Shown: in pieces, positions 37,762 through 46,814 of the stretch
Layout of the letters: every line of letters begins with the position of its first letter
How positions within the stretch are numbered: the first letter of the stretch is position 1
From: a virus
Taxonomy: Duplodnaviria; Caudoviricetes
Virus record (IMG/VR): IMGVR_UViG_3300008223_000004
Span: 1 to 51,539 of that record
Length of the DNA stretch: 51,539 nucleotides
Direction: 5' to 3' (one strand)
The notes under the pieces: generated by a model
What the model was told of the DNA's origin: nothing
The model's input: the letters and a program-made list of their open reading frames with translations, nothing else
The model's database searches: none
Position numbers and translations under genes: made by a program

Positions 37762-37952
37762 TTCTTGCCTGCCTTTTCAATTGCGCGAACTTGTCGCCAT
37801 TTTAAATACGCCCCAATAGCTCCAAACATGAAGCCCATTAGAATTCCGTACCCAGTATGATTAGCGCCCAAATGTTTAAGCAGCTCACTAAACAACCCAA
37901 GCATGATTCCGAAGAATGTTGTTATGTCAGGAAGATGGCTATCTGAGTTCAC
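37758..37952 (-). CDS. Small 2-TM membrane protein (holin/antiholin-like)
   Basis: Two hydrophobic segments and a basic tail. Confidence 0.55.
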   Translation of the reverse strand: MNSDSHLPDITTFFGIMLGLFSELLKHLGANHTGYGILMGFMFGAIGAYLKWRQVRAIEKAGKK

Positions 37953-38209
37953 TTGGTTACAACTCCGTTATGAATTTTGATTACGTCAAGCAGTGTCTCG
38001 ATATACTGCTCGCGTGATTTGATATTGACGTAAACGCTCTTACGGACATTTACCGGACATTGCATCATTCGTTCTTTACCAACAGGCTCATAAATGATTC
38101 TTGGTGGCACTTCCACTTGACCAAATACAATGACCTCATTAGTTGCACAACTACTTAGGCTTAGAGTCAAAATAATCAATATAAGAGTCATCTTTAAGCG
38201 CATCATCAA
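37949..38209 (-). CDS. Outer-membrane spanin (Rz1-like) lipoprotein
   Basis: Lipobox LSSC; overlaps i-spanin. Confidence 0.7.
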   Translation of the reverse strand: MMMRLKMTLILIILTLSLSSCATNEVIVFGQVEVPPRIIYEPVGKERMMQCPVNVRKSVYVNIKSREQYIETLLDVIKIHNGVVTK

Positions 38210-38405
38210 TCTCCTTTTGATTCTCAGTTATGTGTTTTTTAATGGCTTTTAGTTGCTGGCTTTTATTCTTTGAGAGCGTCTTCATTGCTTTGATTTCCTT
38301 ATTCTGAATATCTAGCTTGCTCTTGTAGTATCTCGCAGACATAACCGCGACCATGAACGCAAAGAAAGCCACGCCCCATAATTTAAGCTTTGATATAATC
38401 AGCAT
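38151..38405 (-). CDS. Inner-membrane spanin (Rz-like)
   Basis: N-terminal TM plus coiled coil. Confidence 0.7.
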   Translation of the reverse strand: MLIISKLKLWGVAFFAFMVAVMSARYYKSKLDIQNKEIKAMKTLSKNKSQQLKAIKKHITENQKEIDDALKDDSYIDYFDSKPK

Positions 38406-38610
38406 CAGACACCAACTTCATGTAGTGGGAAACATTAGCAATAAGCGCAATGACAATAGGCGCGATGATGATTCCGGCCTCATGTAGATTTTTAGCGGTT
38501 TGTTCGTCACCAAGCACAACAATTGCCAGGCAAATAAACAGCGTTGCAACCACGGACCAAAATGAGACTTTGGCAAATCTTCTTCTTACTGTGAATTTTG
38601 GTTCAATCAT
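38383..38610 (-). CDS. Putative holin
   Basis: Two TM helices next to the endolysin candidate. Confidence 0.65.
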   Translation of the reverse strand: MIEPKFTVRRRFAKVSFWSVVATLFICLAIVVLGDEQTAKNLHEAGIIIAPIVIALIANVSHYMKLVSDADYIKA

Positions 38611-39050
38611 TCAAACGTCCTCGTCATATCAATAATGGTTAGCGAGAACATGATTTCGTCTACTGAGTTGTTCAATTGACGTATGGCCCCTCTTGAACTT
38701 GTAACGTCACGATAGCCATCATGATTAATGTCGATATGATCCCGACCTAACAAGATGCAACCCATAATGTCTCTATGGAAATTGCCCTTATGAATTAAGA
38801 TGAACTCTCGATCTCTTACTTCGCAGCTATGAAGACCTGTTACTTTGAAGTGATTGCCATGCCTTGAAGAGTGGCGGCGCTTGCACAAATAGTTCCCAGG
38901 GGGGATGCAGCTTATTTGCTGTTCATTACCCAACCACGGAAGCTCTAACGACTTTGCTGTGAATACAGCATCAGTATCATCAAACAAGGTAAAACTGCCT
39001 AGAGTTTGCTTCTCTTCTTCTACTAATCGGTGCAGAACAGCTTTCAACAT
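38607..39050 (-). CDS. DUF5675-family putative endolysin
   Basis: SLELPW..N....SCIPPGNY, ILIHKGN...GCILLG; lysis position. Confidence 0.75.
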   Translation of the reverse strand: MLKAVLHRLVEEEKQTLGSFTLFDDTDAVFTAKSLELPWLGNEQQISCIPPGNYLCKRRHSSRHGNHFKVTGLHSCEVRDREFILIHKGNFHRDIMGCILLGRDHIDINHDGYRDVTSSRGAIRQLNNSVDEIMFSLTIIDMTRTFE

Positions 39051-39076
39051 AATCGCTCTCACTTTATCGCAGGCAT

Positions 39077-39150
39077 AAAAAAAGCCGCACTAGGCAGCTT
39101 TTTTGAATGTGTTTTCTTTGGTCATAAAAAAACCCCGCACTTGGCGAGGT
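39077..39150 (-). terminator. Two tandem intrinsic terminators (tR'-like) before the late operon
   Basis: Hairpin plus T-run at 39126-39150 and 39077-39104. Confidence 0.65.
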
Positions 39151-39218
39151 CTAAAGGATGGTTGCTCCGAACGAAATTAGTGGAGCTTGCCTACATAGTA
39201 CCTAGTTATCGCTTTAGG

Positions 39219-39746
39219 TCAAGCAGAAACGCTCAATAAATTTTCAACCACCAGCGCCACGCCCTGGCATCTAATCTGACTTCCGCGACGAGGCTTGAAG
39301 TTAAACACCTGGCATATTTTAGCGTTACTCAAAGTACCGCTCCCGTAAGTAGCAGGAGGCAAGAACAAACCAATCAGCAGCATTCTAGCTCGTGCTGAAA
39401 ACTCTCTTATAAATATCGCGTCAATCTGCTTTGATCTACTCCCGTTAGTGTCAGCATACGTCACGCCGCCCATAGGTATCTTAGATTGCCCTTGAGGTCT
39501 TGTACTCTTTGCGTTGGTTTTCATGTTAAAGCAAAAAGGCTTATAACCTGGGCTTGAATTAAGCGCATTAATAACGCTCTCACTCGTATAACCAACATCT
39601 ATCTCAATATGATTTTCATGAGTTAAATGACTAAACGCCCAATAGGTCAATAGATTTTCGGCTTTCTCAATCCTGAATTTATTACCACGACCTTTTACAG
39701 CTTTATCAATTTTCTTTTTAATCAACTCAACATCATCAATCATCAC
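39219..39746 (-). CDS. Putative late antiterminator (Q-like)
   Basis: Position before terminators and lysis genes; ENLLTYWA; C-terminal HTH-like segment. Confidence 0.55.
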   Translation of the reverse strand: MMIDDVELIKKKIDKAVKGRGNKFRIEKAENLLTYWAFSHLTHENHIEIDVGYTSESVINALNSSPGYKPFCFNMKTNAKSTRPQGQSKIPMGGVTYADTNGSRSKQIDAIFIREFSARARMLLIGLFLPPATYGSGTLSNAKICQVFNFKPRRGSQIRCQGVALVVENLLSVSA

Positions 39747-39926
39747 TTGATAGCCCTTTCATTAACTGCAAGATATAAGGTTTGGCGGTTTAACTATTAT
39801 CTTTCTGCTGCGCTTCTTTTTCATCCTCTGCCCACTGATAACAGAATGTTGCTCTCATTTGACGGAATGTGTGATACTTAGCAATGTAACCCTGAAAACG
39901 ATAATAGAGATATACGTGTTGGTTTT

Positions 39927-40355
39927 TCACTTCTCGCCTCTATTTGTTTGTAATATCATTGGGCCTAAATACTCCTTGATCGCCTCAATTGCTTCATCAA
40001 CCCCGTACGCCACCAGCGCCTTATGACCAAGCTTTTCTACAGTAAAAAGCCAACCCTTTTGACTGTCTGATACTTTAGGAGGGGTTTTTTGGCCTTTAAC
40101 TTTAGGCTTTTTAAGTTCTATCCAAAGACCGTGATAATTGTTTGACGGTATAGGCAAATGCGCGTCACTCACACCAGCTTTCACCCCTTGAGCTTTTAGC
40201 CTTACCGCCTCCCTTAATCCACGCTTACCGCCATTAGGGATAGCATAAAGCGCGTCAATTAATTTGATTACAGAGCCACACTCAAGCCGAACATTTATAT
40301 ACTTTGCCCATGAAAATAATGCGGTTTGGTGTTGGTCCTCAATGTGCTTTGTCAT
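39927..40355 (-). CDS. VRR-NUC nuclease
   Basis: YAIPNGGKR...GVKAGVSD...LWIELK...SDSQ. Confidence 0.88.
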   Translation of the reverse strand: MTKHIEDQHQTALFSWAKYINVRLECGSVIKLIDALYAIPNGGKRGLREAVRLKAQGVKAGVSDAHLPIPSNNYHGLWIELKKPKVKGQKTPPKVSDSQKGWLFTVEKLGHKALVAYGVDEAIEAIKEYLGPMILQTNRGEK

Positions 40356-40584
40356 TAGCATCATCCTTATTGATGATTTTAGGAAACAATCCATACCCAA
40401 AAAAGTTAAACGCCTTAACGGTAAAAATCTTGTCGTATTGTTCATCAGGCAAAAGGTCAATTTCTCTACAGACCTGCTCCAAGTCACCAGCTTCATTCTC
40501 TATAAATGCTATCTGCTCAATAACAAATCTAGGAATCAACAGATCCAGCAAAAACAAAACAACCCTAATTATTAGTTTTTTCAT
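40339..40584 (-). CDS. Hypothetical protein
   Basis: Coupled ORF. Confidence 0.55.
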   Translation of the reverse strand: MKKLIIRVVLFLLDLLIPRFVIEQIAFIENEAGDLEQVCREIDLLPDEQYDKIFTVKAFNFFGYGLFPKIINKDDANDKAH

Positions 40585-40585
40585 A

Positions 40586-41176
40586 TTAGTTTTTTACAGA
40601 CTCCACTAAGTGTTTTAATTTGTTTTTAAAATAAACTTCAATTTCTTTATAATCTTGCGGGCTTCCACTATCCGTACCACTCTTTCTACTAACCAGGCAG
40701 TAATACTCAAACAAACCAATTTTCGCTATTAAGCGCTGTTTATATTCGCCAGAGTCACCACCATTAAGAACATTGCAATCAGCTCTTTGACCGTGAATGT
40801 TGTTTTCGTCGTATCGAATAAGCGGATTGTTTCCTGACTCAAAAAAGTGACCAGCATGGAAGTCATCACCAAGCGACTTGCCACAACAAATACAGCATTT
40901 ATTTTTATCTCTTTCTCTAATGTAAGCATGGCAAGATTCTTTGGCGGCCTTCTTGCGCGTCTTGGTATCATTTTCGTAAAATTCGCTCGTTTTCTTTGTG
41001 TGAACTTTTCTTTTTTGCGTGTTCTTTTTCTTTAGTCTTATGCTTTTAAGGTTGTCCGTTTTTGCTTTTCCTTGAGGTGACACCCTCCAAGCCTTTGAGC
41101 ACTCAATAGAGCATTCTTTTTCTGTTGATGAATATCTAGGCTTAAACTTCTCTAGACAAAATCGGCACTTAGGCAT
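40586..41176 (-). CDS. ninG: NinG/Rap-family recombination nuclease
   Basis: YIRERD..CICCG...HAGHF...RYDENNIHGQ. Confidence 0.88.
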   Translation of the reverse strand: MPKCRFCLEKFKPRYSSTEKECSIECSKAWRVSPQGKAKTDNLKSIRLKKKNTQKRKVHTKKTSEFYENDTKTRKKAAKESCHAYIRERDKNKCCICCGKSLGDDFHAGHFFESGNNPLIRYDENNIHGQRADCNVLNGGDSGEYKQRLIAKIGLFEYYCLVSRKSGTDSGSPQDYKEIEVYFKNKLKHLVESVKN

Positions 41177-41236
41177 TACGCCACCTCAGCTTTTTGATTT
41201 TCTTCATACTCAATGGCAGTGCTCCCGTTGTCGCAA

Positions 41237-41722
41237 TTATTCAGACAACCCTTTTAAAGCTTCCGCAAGATTCTCTAACTTTTTTTGCTTTTCATTCCGC
41301 ATTGTTAGCGATGAAGAAACCGCCTTCGTTATAGCTTCAAGTTGCTCAACAAACTTCAGAAGAGATTCACCTAAAACTTCAAGCTGCTTAACTGGATCTA
41401 TACCCACACCCATGAAGTTGTTCGCCTCTTGTTCTGGGGCTATTGATGCTGATTTGACCTTAACTACATCGGCGCTTACCACTGGCTTTTCTCCCTCTTT
41501 GATGAATTGAAAATGGCCTGCCGTTTTCAATAGACCGCCCTCAACTAAATTGTTCACGCACCTGGTCACGCTAGGCTTTTGCATGATCACCTTTTGAGAG
41601 CTATGTAATTCAGTCATTATGTCGTTGATGGTCATAGGGGTGCGGCACGAAACTGCGTCATAAATTTTCTTTTCGCTTGCTGTAACATTGCTTAGCTTTG
41701 ACTGTAATCTTGCTGATTTCAT
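41237..41722 (-). CDS. wHTH-containing phage protein
   Basis: KKIYDAV...CVNNLVEGGLLK. Confidence 0.65.
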   Translation of the reverse strand: MKSARLQSKLSNVTASEKKIYDAVSCRTPMTINDIMTELHSSQKVIMQKPSVTRCVNNLVEGGLLKTAGHFQFIKEGEKPVVSADVVKVKSASIAPEQEANNFMGVGIDPVKQLEVLGESLLKFVEQLEAITKAVSSSLTMRNEKQKKLENLAEALKGLSE

Positions 41723-41773
41723 TGCATTCCTCTCAAATCTGCTGTTGTATTAGGCACCCAGGTATTAATACCC

Positions 41774-42280
41774 TTACCTTCTCGCCAAAAATTCTTTTGC
41801 TGCATTTTCATTCATAAACTGATCAACTAATTCTTGATAAGCCCACCCTTCGTTTTGTTTCTGCCTTACCGTTGCTTTTGCGCCCTGGCACTCCTTGACT
41901 GTCTGTTTCCAATGAACTGCGTTTTGAAGCCCTTTTTGGCTCCGATCTATTAGACCGATACCGTCCCAAGGATCTCTTCTAAGTTTCGCTCGCTGCTCTG
42001 TCGTTAGAAAACCTATTCCCATTAGTTCGGCTTCTGTTGCATCGCTAAGATCAAGAAGACCAAGGGCCGCGAAGCCTCGTAGCTGATTTTCTGTTTCAAC
42101 ATGAACAACTAAGCATCGATATTCTTTCGGGTAAGTGTTTTTGTCTTCTGAATCAGTGAAAGCTAAAACTTCGCCTAACTTCACCTGGTTGACTCTTAGA
42201 TCCAAAACAATGAAGGTCAATTTTCCATCAATTAAAAGAGTCAGCTTTCTAGCGTCTGTTTTTAAATTGTGATTAACCAT
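41774..42280 (-). CDS. Hypothetical protein with ASCH/DUF3850-like N-terminus
   Basis: HNLKT...GKLTF...GEVLAF pattern. Confidence 0.55.
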   Translation of the reverse strand: MVNHNLKTDARKLTLLIDGKLTFIVLDLRVNQVKLGEVLAFTDSEDKNTYPKEYRCLVVHVETENQLRGFAALGLLDLSDATEAELMGIGFLTTEQRAKLRRDPWDGIGLIDRSQKGLQNAVHWKQTVKECQGAKATVRQKQNEGWAYQELVDQFMNENAAKEFLARR

Positions 42281-43070
42281 TTGCCTTACGCACCCCCATC
42301 ATTGCTAAAACTGCTCTCATTGCTTCATTACCCGTAGGTCCATCATGTTTTGTATGGGTTACACCGCTTGGGTTGGATTCTTCTGACTGATCCTCAACCG
42401 CCTCAATGGGGGCAAATACCTCGCCGCCTGAAACTTTCTTAACAACATCGTTGTAGTAATCCTTAACCATTCTTTTCGCCGCTTGAGCACCAGCGGAACG
42501 TATCGCAAAGAAGTCATACTTCAGAACTTTAGTTTTTCTTGTGGTTGCCGGTATGCCTTTGCCTTTGAACTGCTTTGTAATAACTCTTGTTTCGATAGTC
42601 TCTTGAGCAAGGTGTTGAAATGCTGGGTGAAGCCTTTCCCATGCTCTCGCAATTATTTTTGGATAAGCAGAATCAAAACTCTCGATTCCATAATCTTCAG
42701 CGCTAGGCTTACACCAGCCTCCGAACATTGCCCCACTAGGCATAAATTCACGCCCTTTGGCGGCTTCGCTTCGAGCCCTTCTGATTCCGCAATCAATCGC
42801 ACCTTGTGTGTTAATACCAGCAAGAACCATCGCAATCAGAAATTCATTTTTGTACGCTAAAAAATCAGGATCATTGATTTTGTTTTTAAACGTAGCTCTC
42901 CACCCCGTGAAAATCGTTGCTAACTTCTCAACCGCGTTGTTAATGATCAACTCGCTCTGTGTGGTTTTCGCTTTGCTGATGTCGGGCGATTTCATCGAGA
43001 GTGTCTTGTGTGACGAAGGATTGTGAATTTGATTCGTTACTTGGATGAGCGCTTGATTCATTGTTTGCAT
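42273..43070 (-). CDS. Replication protein P-like (helicase loader)
   Basis: GIRRAR...FMPSGAMFGGWCK. Confidence 0.82.
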   Translation of the reverse strand: MQTMNQALIQVTNQIHNPSSHKTLSMKSPDISKAKTTQSELIINNAVEKLATIFTGWRATFKNKINDPDFLAYKNEFLIAMVLAGINTQGAIDCGIRRARSEAAKGREFMPSGAMFGGWCKPSAEDYGIESFDSAYPKIIARAWERLHPAFQHLAQETIETRVITKQFKGKGIPATTRKTKVLKYDFFAIRSAGAQAAKRMVKDYYNDVVKKVSGGEVFAPIEAVEDQSEESNPSGVTHTKHDGPTGNEAMRAVLAMMGVRKANG

Positions 43071-43770
43071 GTCTGCCGCCTAGACTTTTGGTAAACCATG
43101 TGATCTTTAAGCCCTGCCAACCGTTGTCGATTGCTGTTTGCAAAACTTGAACAGGAGTTGTTTGTAATTCGGGGAAGTTTTCAACCTTCAACGCTTCGTC
43201 AAGAATTCGACCTAACGATTCTTGCGTTAACGGTTTTTTCAAATTGGCTCTGTGGTTGATATATTCTTTGATCGCTTCGAGACTAAACTTTTCATTGAAA
43301 ACAGAAACGTCTAAACCTTTATACTTATCTTTTATAGTTCTTTTTAGGTTCTCTTTTAGGTTAGAGTCCCGTTTTTGGTACTGGTTAAAATCCGTTTTTG
43401 GTACTGGTTGAGTGCCGTTTTTGGTACTAGTACCAGTTTTGGTACTAGTGCCGTTTTTGGTATCACTTCTAGTACCAATTTTGGTACTAGTTAATTCGTC
43501 CATTACATCGAAATTCAGCTCGTAATTTGTACTAGTGCCCATACGTTTTGATGCACAAATAACCCCTAAAACTTCTAGTTTTTCCAAGCTCGACATAACA
43601 GTTTTACGATTCAACCCTGTATATCTGGCAATGTATGCTATTGATGGGTTGCACTGGTGAGTGTCTTGGTTATGACAATCAGACAACTCTCGTAAGATAA
43701 ATCGCATAGAAGACTTAAGCTTCATCGACAAGCCTATCTCACGAGCCCAGAAGTAAGCTTTAGCGCTCAT
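42940..43770 (-). CDS. Replication initiator O-like
   Basis: wHTH CNPSIAYIARYTGL; internal iterons; GWQG. Confidence 0.88.
   Translation of the reverse strand: MSAKAYFWAREIGLSMKLKSSMRFILRELSDCHNQDTHQCNPSIAYIARYTGLNRKTVMSSLEKLEVLGVICASKRMGTSTNYELNFDVMDELTSTKIGTRSDTKNGTSTKTGTSTKNGTQPVPKTDFNQYQKRDSNLKENLKRTIKDKYKGLDVSVFNEKFSLEAIKEYINHRANLKKPLTQESLGRILDEALKVENFPELQTTPVQVLQTAIDNGWQGLKITWFTKSLGGRHANNESSAHPSNESNSQSFVTQDTLDEIARHQQSENHTERVDH
43370..43490. repeat. Replication origin iterons (TTTTGGTAC, ~6 copies)
   Basis: Direct and inverted repeats inside the initiator gene, next to an AT-rich tract. Confidence 0.85.
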
Positions 43771-43952
43771 TGGCCCAACCACTTGATTTTCTTTTTTAGT
43801 TGAAAGCACTCTTTCGAGCGTGAATTATTATCACTTAACTGATTTGAATTGATGCTTTCTGATGCTGGCCTAAGAAATTTCTTACCTTCCTCGGTCTTAA
43901 AGAATGTTTGTAATCGTTGGCTGACGGGCTCTAAAGCTTTTAAGTTGATCAT
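43767..43952 (-). CDS. Hypothetical protein
   Basis: ATGA-coupled on both sides. Confidence 0.6.
   Translation of the reverse strand: MINLKALEPVSQRLQTFFKTEEGKKFLRPASESINSNQLSDNNSRSKECFQLKKKIKWLGQ
43827..43845 (-). repeat. 19-bp repeat, copy 4 (inverted)
   Basis: ATTATCACTTAACTGATTT. Confidence 0.9.
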
Positions 43953-44149
43953 TGCATACCCACCAAATCATCGGTAAGCATCACAATAAGCTCTTGTGTG
44001 AGTTTGATACGTTTAAGCCTTAAAGCTTTAGGGATTTTAGAGTCAGGTGATTGCAGGCAGTCACGCATAGCGTAAGCGTGACTAATGATTTCAAGCAGTT
44101 GATCGTATTGTTCAGGATTTTGAGTGGAGCTTGGGCGTGTTTCAGGCAT
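43949..44149 (-). CDS. Hypothetical protein
   Basis: GGAGG RBS. Confidence 0.6.
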   Translation of the reverse strand: MPETRPSSTQNPEQYDQLLEIISHAYAMRDCLQSPDSKIPKALRLKRIKLTQELIVMLTDDLVGMQ

Positions 44150-44429
44150 GAGGAGCCTCCGTGTGTAGCGATATATTTACCGCCTCCAAAGAGGTACTAA
44201 TCTCAGATAGGAGGTGGGTCGAACGGGTTAGTACTACCGCCACACGAGAACGGCGAGCGCAAGCGCTCCCCATTCGACCCACCAAAACAGGTGTAATCGC
44301 GCACAAAAAAAGCCGCATAGCAGGGCTGGCGACTTGTGCGCCGTGTGGACTCGGAGTACTAATTCCGGCAGCTGATTTTGCAGCTACACCCTGAAGATAC
44401 GTTACGATGCTTTTTCTGTCAAATTTCAT
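44142..44429 (-). CDS. Ash-family ORF overlapping c4-like RNA
   Basis: AAKSAAGISTP...MRLFLC...VGRMG motifs. Confidence 0.65.
   Translation of the reverse strand: MKFDRKSIVTYLQGVAAKSAAGISTPSPHGAQVASPAMRLFLCAITPVLVGRMGSACARRSRVAVVLTRSTHLLSEISTSLEAVNISLHTEAPHA
44213..44283 (-). ncRNA. c4-like antisense RNA (P1 c4 / P4 CI type)
   Basis: 11-bp closing stem and internal hairpins; GTACTAA complementary to ATTAGTAC targets at 44356-44363 and 44194-44201. Confidence 0.8.
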
Positions 44430-44528
44430 AATCTGCTAAATACCAGTATTGATATAACAATTAAATATTTCCAATCGCCCAAAAGGGTTATAGAATCCAT
44501 GTATAACTTTTGGTTCAATAAACACAAC

Positions 44529-44753
44529 TTATGGTTGTAAAGCTTCATTAGGAAACAAATCAGGACGTAGAGATTGAAGTGTAAATTTACTGGCTGAAAG
44601 AACTTGAATATCACGCGCTCTTTCAGCGGAAATTTTCTTATTCCACTTATTTACACCTTGATAGGTTATGCCTAGCTTTTTAGCTAAAACACGTGGACCA
44701 CCTAGATATTCGATTGCTTGACTTATTTCTGAGGGCTCGTCTAATTCAGGCAT
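44529..44753 (-). CDS. cro: Cro-like (YdaS family) regulator
   Basis: GGPRVLAKKLGITYQGVNKW...LRPDLF; divergent from repressor. Confidence 0.88.
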   Translation of the reverse strand: MPELDEPSEISQAIEYLGGPRVLAKKLGITYQGVNKWNKKISAERARDIQVLSASKFTLQSLRPDLFPNEALQP

Positions 44754-44787
44754 TAATTTAGTTCCATTGGATAAATACCACCGAACT

Positions 44788-44837
44788 ATAACCAATAGTT
44801 GTACTTTGTACAACTACACAAAGCAACTGATAGTTGC
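44788..44837. promoter_or_regulatory. OR operators
   Basis: ATAACCAATAGTTGT (44788-44802) and GCAACTGATAGTTGC (44823-44837) match the OL repeats. Confidence 0.75.
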
Positions 44838-44855
44838 ATTTAGGAGTGATAGAGT

Positions 44856-45233
44856 ATGGAAATGTCAGAATTTAACGAAAACAAAAAAATAGAGTTCAGC
44901 GAAAGATTAAACCTTGCGCTAGACAAATTAGAGGTTCCTATACGAGCGAGAGCTCAATGGGTTCGTGAAAGGCTTAGCTTTGAAATAAGCGTTAATGGTA
45001 TTAAAAAATGGCTTGAAGGTGAATCATTACCGTCATCAGCTAGGTATGACGAAATTGCTACAGTGTGCAAAGTTAGTCCAATGTGGCTAATGTCAGGAAA
45101 GGAGAGTGAAAGCTTCTCAGAGAAAGACTTTGATGCTCACCTTAAAGCAATACTTAGAATTGCTGACAGTATGGACGATGCAGACGCGAAGACCAATTGC
45201 ATGAAAGCTATTCATCAGCTTTCACAGAGATAG
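44856..45233 (+). CDS. CI-like repressor, HTH only (no S24 peptidase domain)
   Basis: FSERL...KKWLEGESLP...VSPMWLMSG; divergent from cro. Confidence 0.82.
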   Translation: MEMSEFNENKKIEFSERLNLALDKLEVPIRARAQWVRERLSFEISVNGIKKWLEGESLPSSARYDEIATVCKVSPMWLMSGKESESFSEKDFDAHLKAILRIADSMDDADAKTNCMKAIHQLSQR

Positions 45234-45357
45234 CGCTAGACTCATTACAAACATCAATCACAAGCCTTAAAAGCTCTTCTTTCATTCTGGCCTGTTGTTG
45301 TTTGTTAGCACACCTGTATCGTTCTTTTATTTTTTTTTCTACTACTGCCATATTCAT
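45208..45357 (-). CDS. Small hypothetical protein (49 aa, not in ORF track)
   Basis: Manual translation MNMAVVEKKIKERYRC... Confidence 0.4.
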   Translation of the reverse strand: MNMAVVEKKIKERYRCANKQQQARMKEELLRLVIDVCNESSAISVKADE

Positions 45358-45361
45358 TTTA

Positions 45362-45538
45362 CTACCCTTGAAAGTGTTTTAAATTATCCATAATTTCCTT
45401 TTGTATATTTGTCTTTGAAAGCGAGTCGCTTTCCCCTTCCCTGGTCAATAACAACATTTTATTTACATATTCTTCTGCTTGTATTCGGCTTTCACCGCTC
45501 AGCCCATCAATTAAAAATTGAACCTGCTTATCAATCAT
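45362..45538 (-). CDS. Small hypothetical protein (58 aa, not in ORF track)
   Basis: Manual translation MIDKQVQFLIDGLSGESR... Confidence 0.45.
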   Translation of the reverse strand: MIDKQVQFLIDGLSGESRIQAEEYVNKMLLLTREGESDSLSKTNIQKEIMDNLKHFQG

Positions 45539-45722
45539 AAATAGCTATACTCATCTTTTAGCACGACTTATTTTGCGTTTAAAGAGCAATACCGTATGGA
45601 ATAAAATAAAGCCAAGCAAACGCTACATCACCTATGAACAGGGCATTAATCAATATTTCAAGATAAACCCCTATTCACAAGCTATAATTATATGAATATT
45701 TGTCAGAAACATGAGGTAAATT

Positions 45723-46190
45723 GTGTCAAAAAACACGCGCGAACAATTTAAAATAAACAAGTTTGCATTCTCTAGCAGGCTGGTTATGGCCAGAAAGACC
45801 AAAGGGAAGGGGTTCACGCAATCCTATATGGCGAAAGAATTGAGCGTCAGCGCGTCTACATACTCAGACTGGGAAAGCTCAAATAACGAGCGCCTACCAA
45901 GCGACCCCAACGTGCTTTTAAATATGTGCTTCATACTTGGGATCAATTGCCACTACCTACTTACAGGCACACTTATTACAGAAAAAGATGATATGGCCTT
46001 AGCTCGAATGAATACTTTTTTTTATCGCTCAACACATGACGGGGAATTCAACGCGCTTATACGTAGACTAGAAAAAGCACCAAAAGACGCAATCAAAGCT
46101 ATCAACACTCTATTAGAGTTTGATACTAAAACAAACAAATTAGACGACTCGAAAAAAAGAGGTTTATTGTCTGGCAAAAAAGAGTACTAA
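45723..46190 (+). CDS. XRE-family HTH regulator
   Basis: FTQSYMAKELSVSASTYSDWE...YLLTG. Confidence 0.88.
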   Translation: MSKNTREQFKINKFAFSSRLVMARKTKGKGFTQSYMAKELSVSASTYSDWESSNNERLPSDPNVLLNMCFILGINCHYLLTGTLITEKDDMALARMNTFFYRSTHDGEFNALIRRLEKAPKDAIKAINTLLEFDTKTNKLDDSKKRGLLSGKKEY

Positions 46191-46628
46191 TTAAAGCGGC
46201 ACCACCTTTCTGTTATTTGGCACCTTATGATAGTCAACCCAATAAACAATGATGGCTCTTAGGTTAGAATAATAGTCTTCGTCATCAAAATCTTTAAATA
46301 CGTAGCTGCTCGCCCCTTCACGCATAGCATCCATTATTGAAACACTGCCTTCATTCCTACTGGTGATGATAACTGGAATATGCCGCGTTCTCTCAGACGC
46401 TTTCAACTCTTTCAGCAAATCCAGACCTGACATAATGCCCAAATGTAGATCAACAAAAAGCAAATCTGGCAAAACATTTGGCATTGCTATTTCTGCAAGC
46501 GCACTTTCAGCGCTTCTTACTTCAACTAATTTAATCTCTCTCAGGGTATCGTTTTTACTTACCGCTCTTTGAAAAAGCATTAAATCATCGCTTGTATCAT
46601 CAACCACCATTACGCGTATTTTTGACAT
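46191..46628 (-). CDS. Stand-alone response-regulator receiver domain
   Basis: VVDD, phosphoacceptor FVDL, SGLDLL, IPVIITS, GASSYVFK. Confidence 0.92.
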   Translation of the reverse strand: MSKIRVMVVDDTSDDLMLFQRAVSKNDTLREIKLVEVRSAESALAEIAMPNVLPDLLFVDLHLGIMSGLDLLKELKASERTRHIPVIITSRNEGSVSIMDAMREGASSYVFKDFDDEDYYSNLRAIIVYWVDYHKVPNNRKVVPL

Positions 46629-46814
46629 CGCAAACCCTCCCTAATAATCCGCACTACCAATCATGCGTCACAACAAATTAAGGCTCGTCCATTCACCTGG
46701 CAACTGATTAAATATTATACAGAAGTTTTGATTTAATATTAACTTGAATAAATAGGACTGAAATTCGTACTAATTATTTTTTTAATGTCGAGTAATGCGA
46801 ATCAGTATAAAAAG

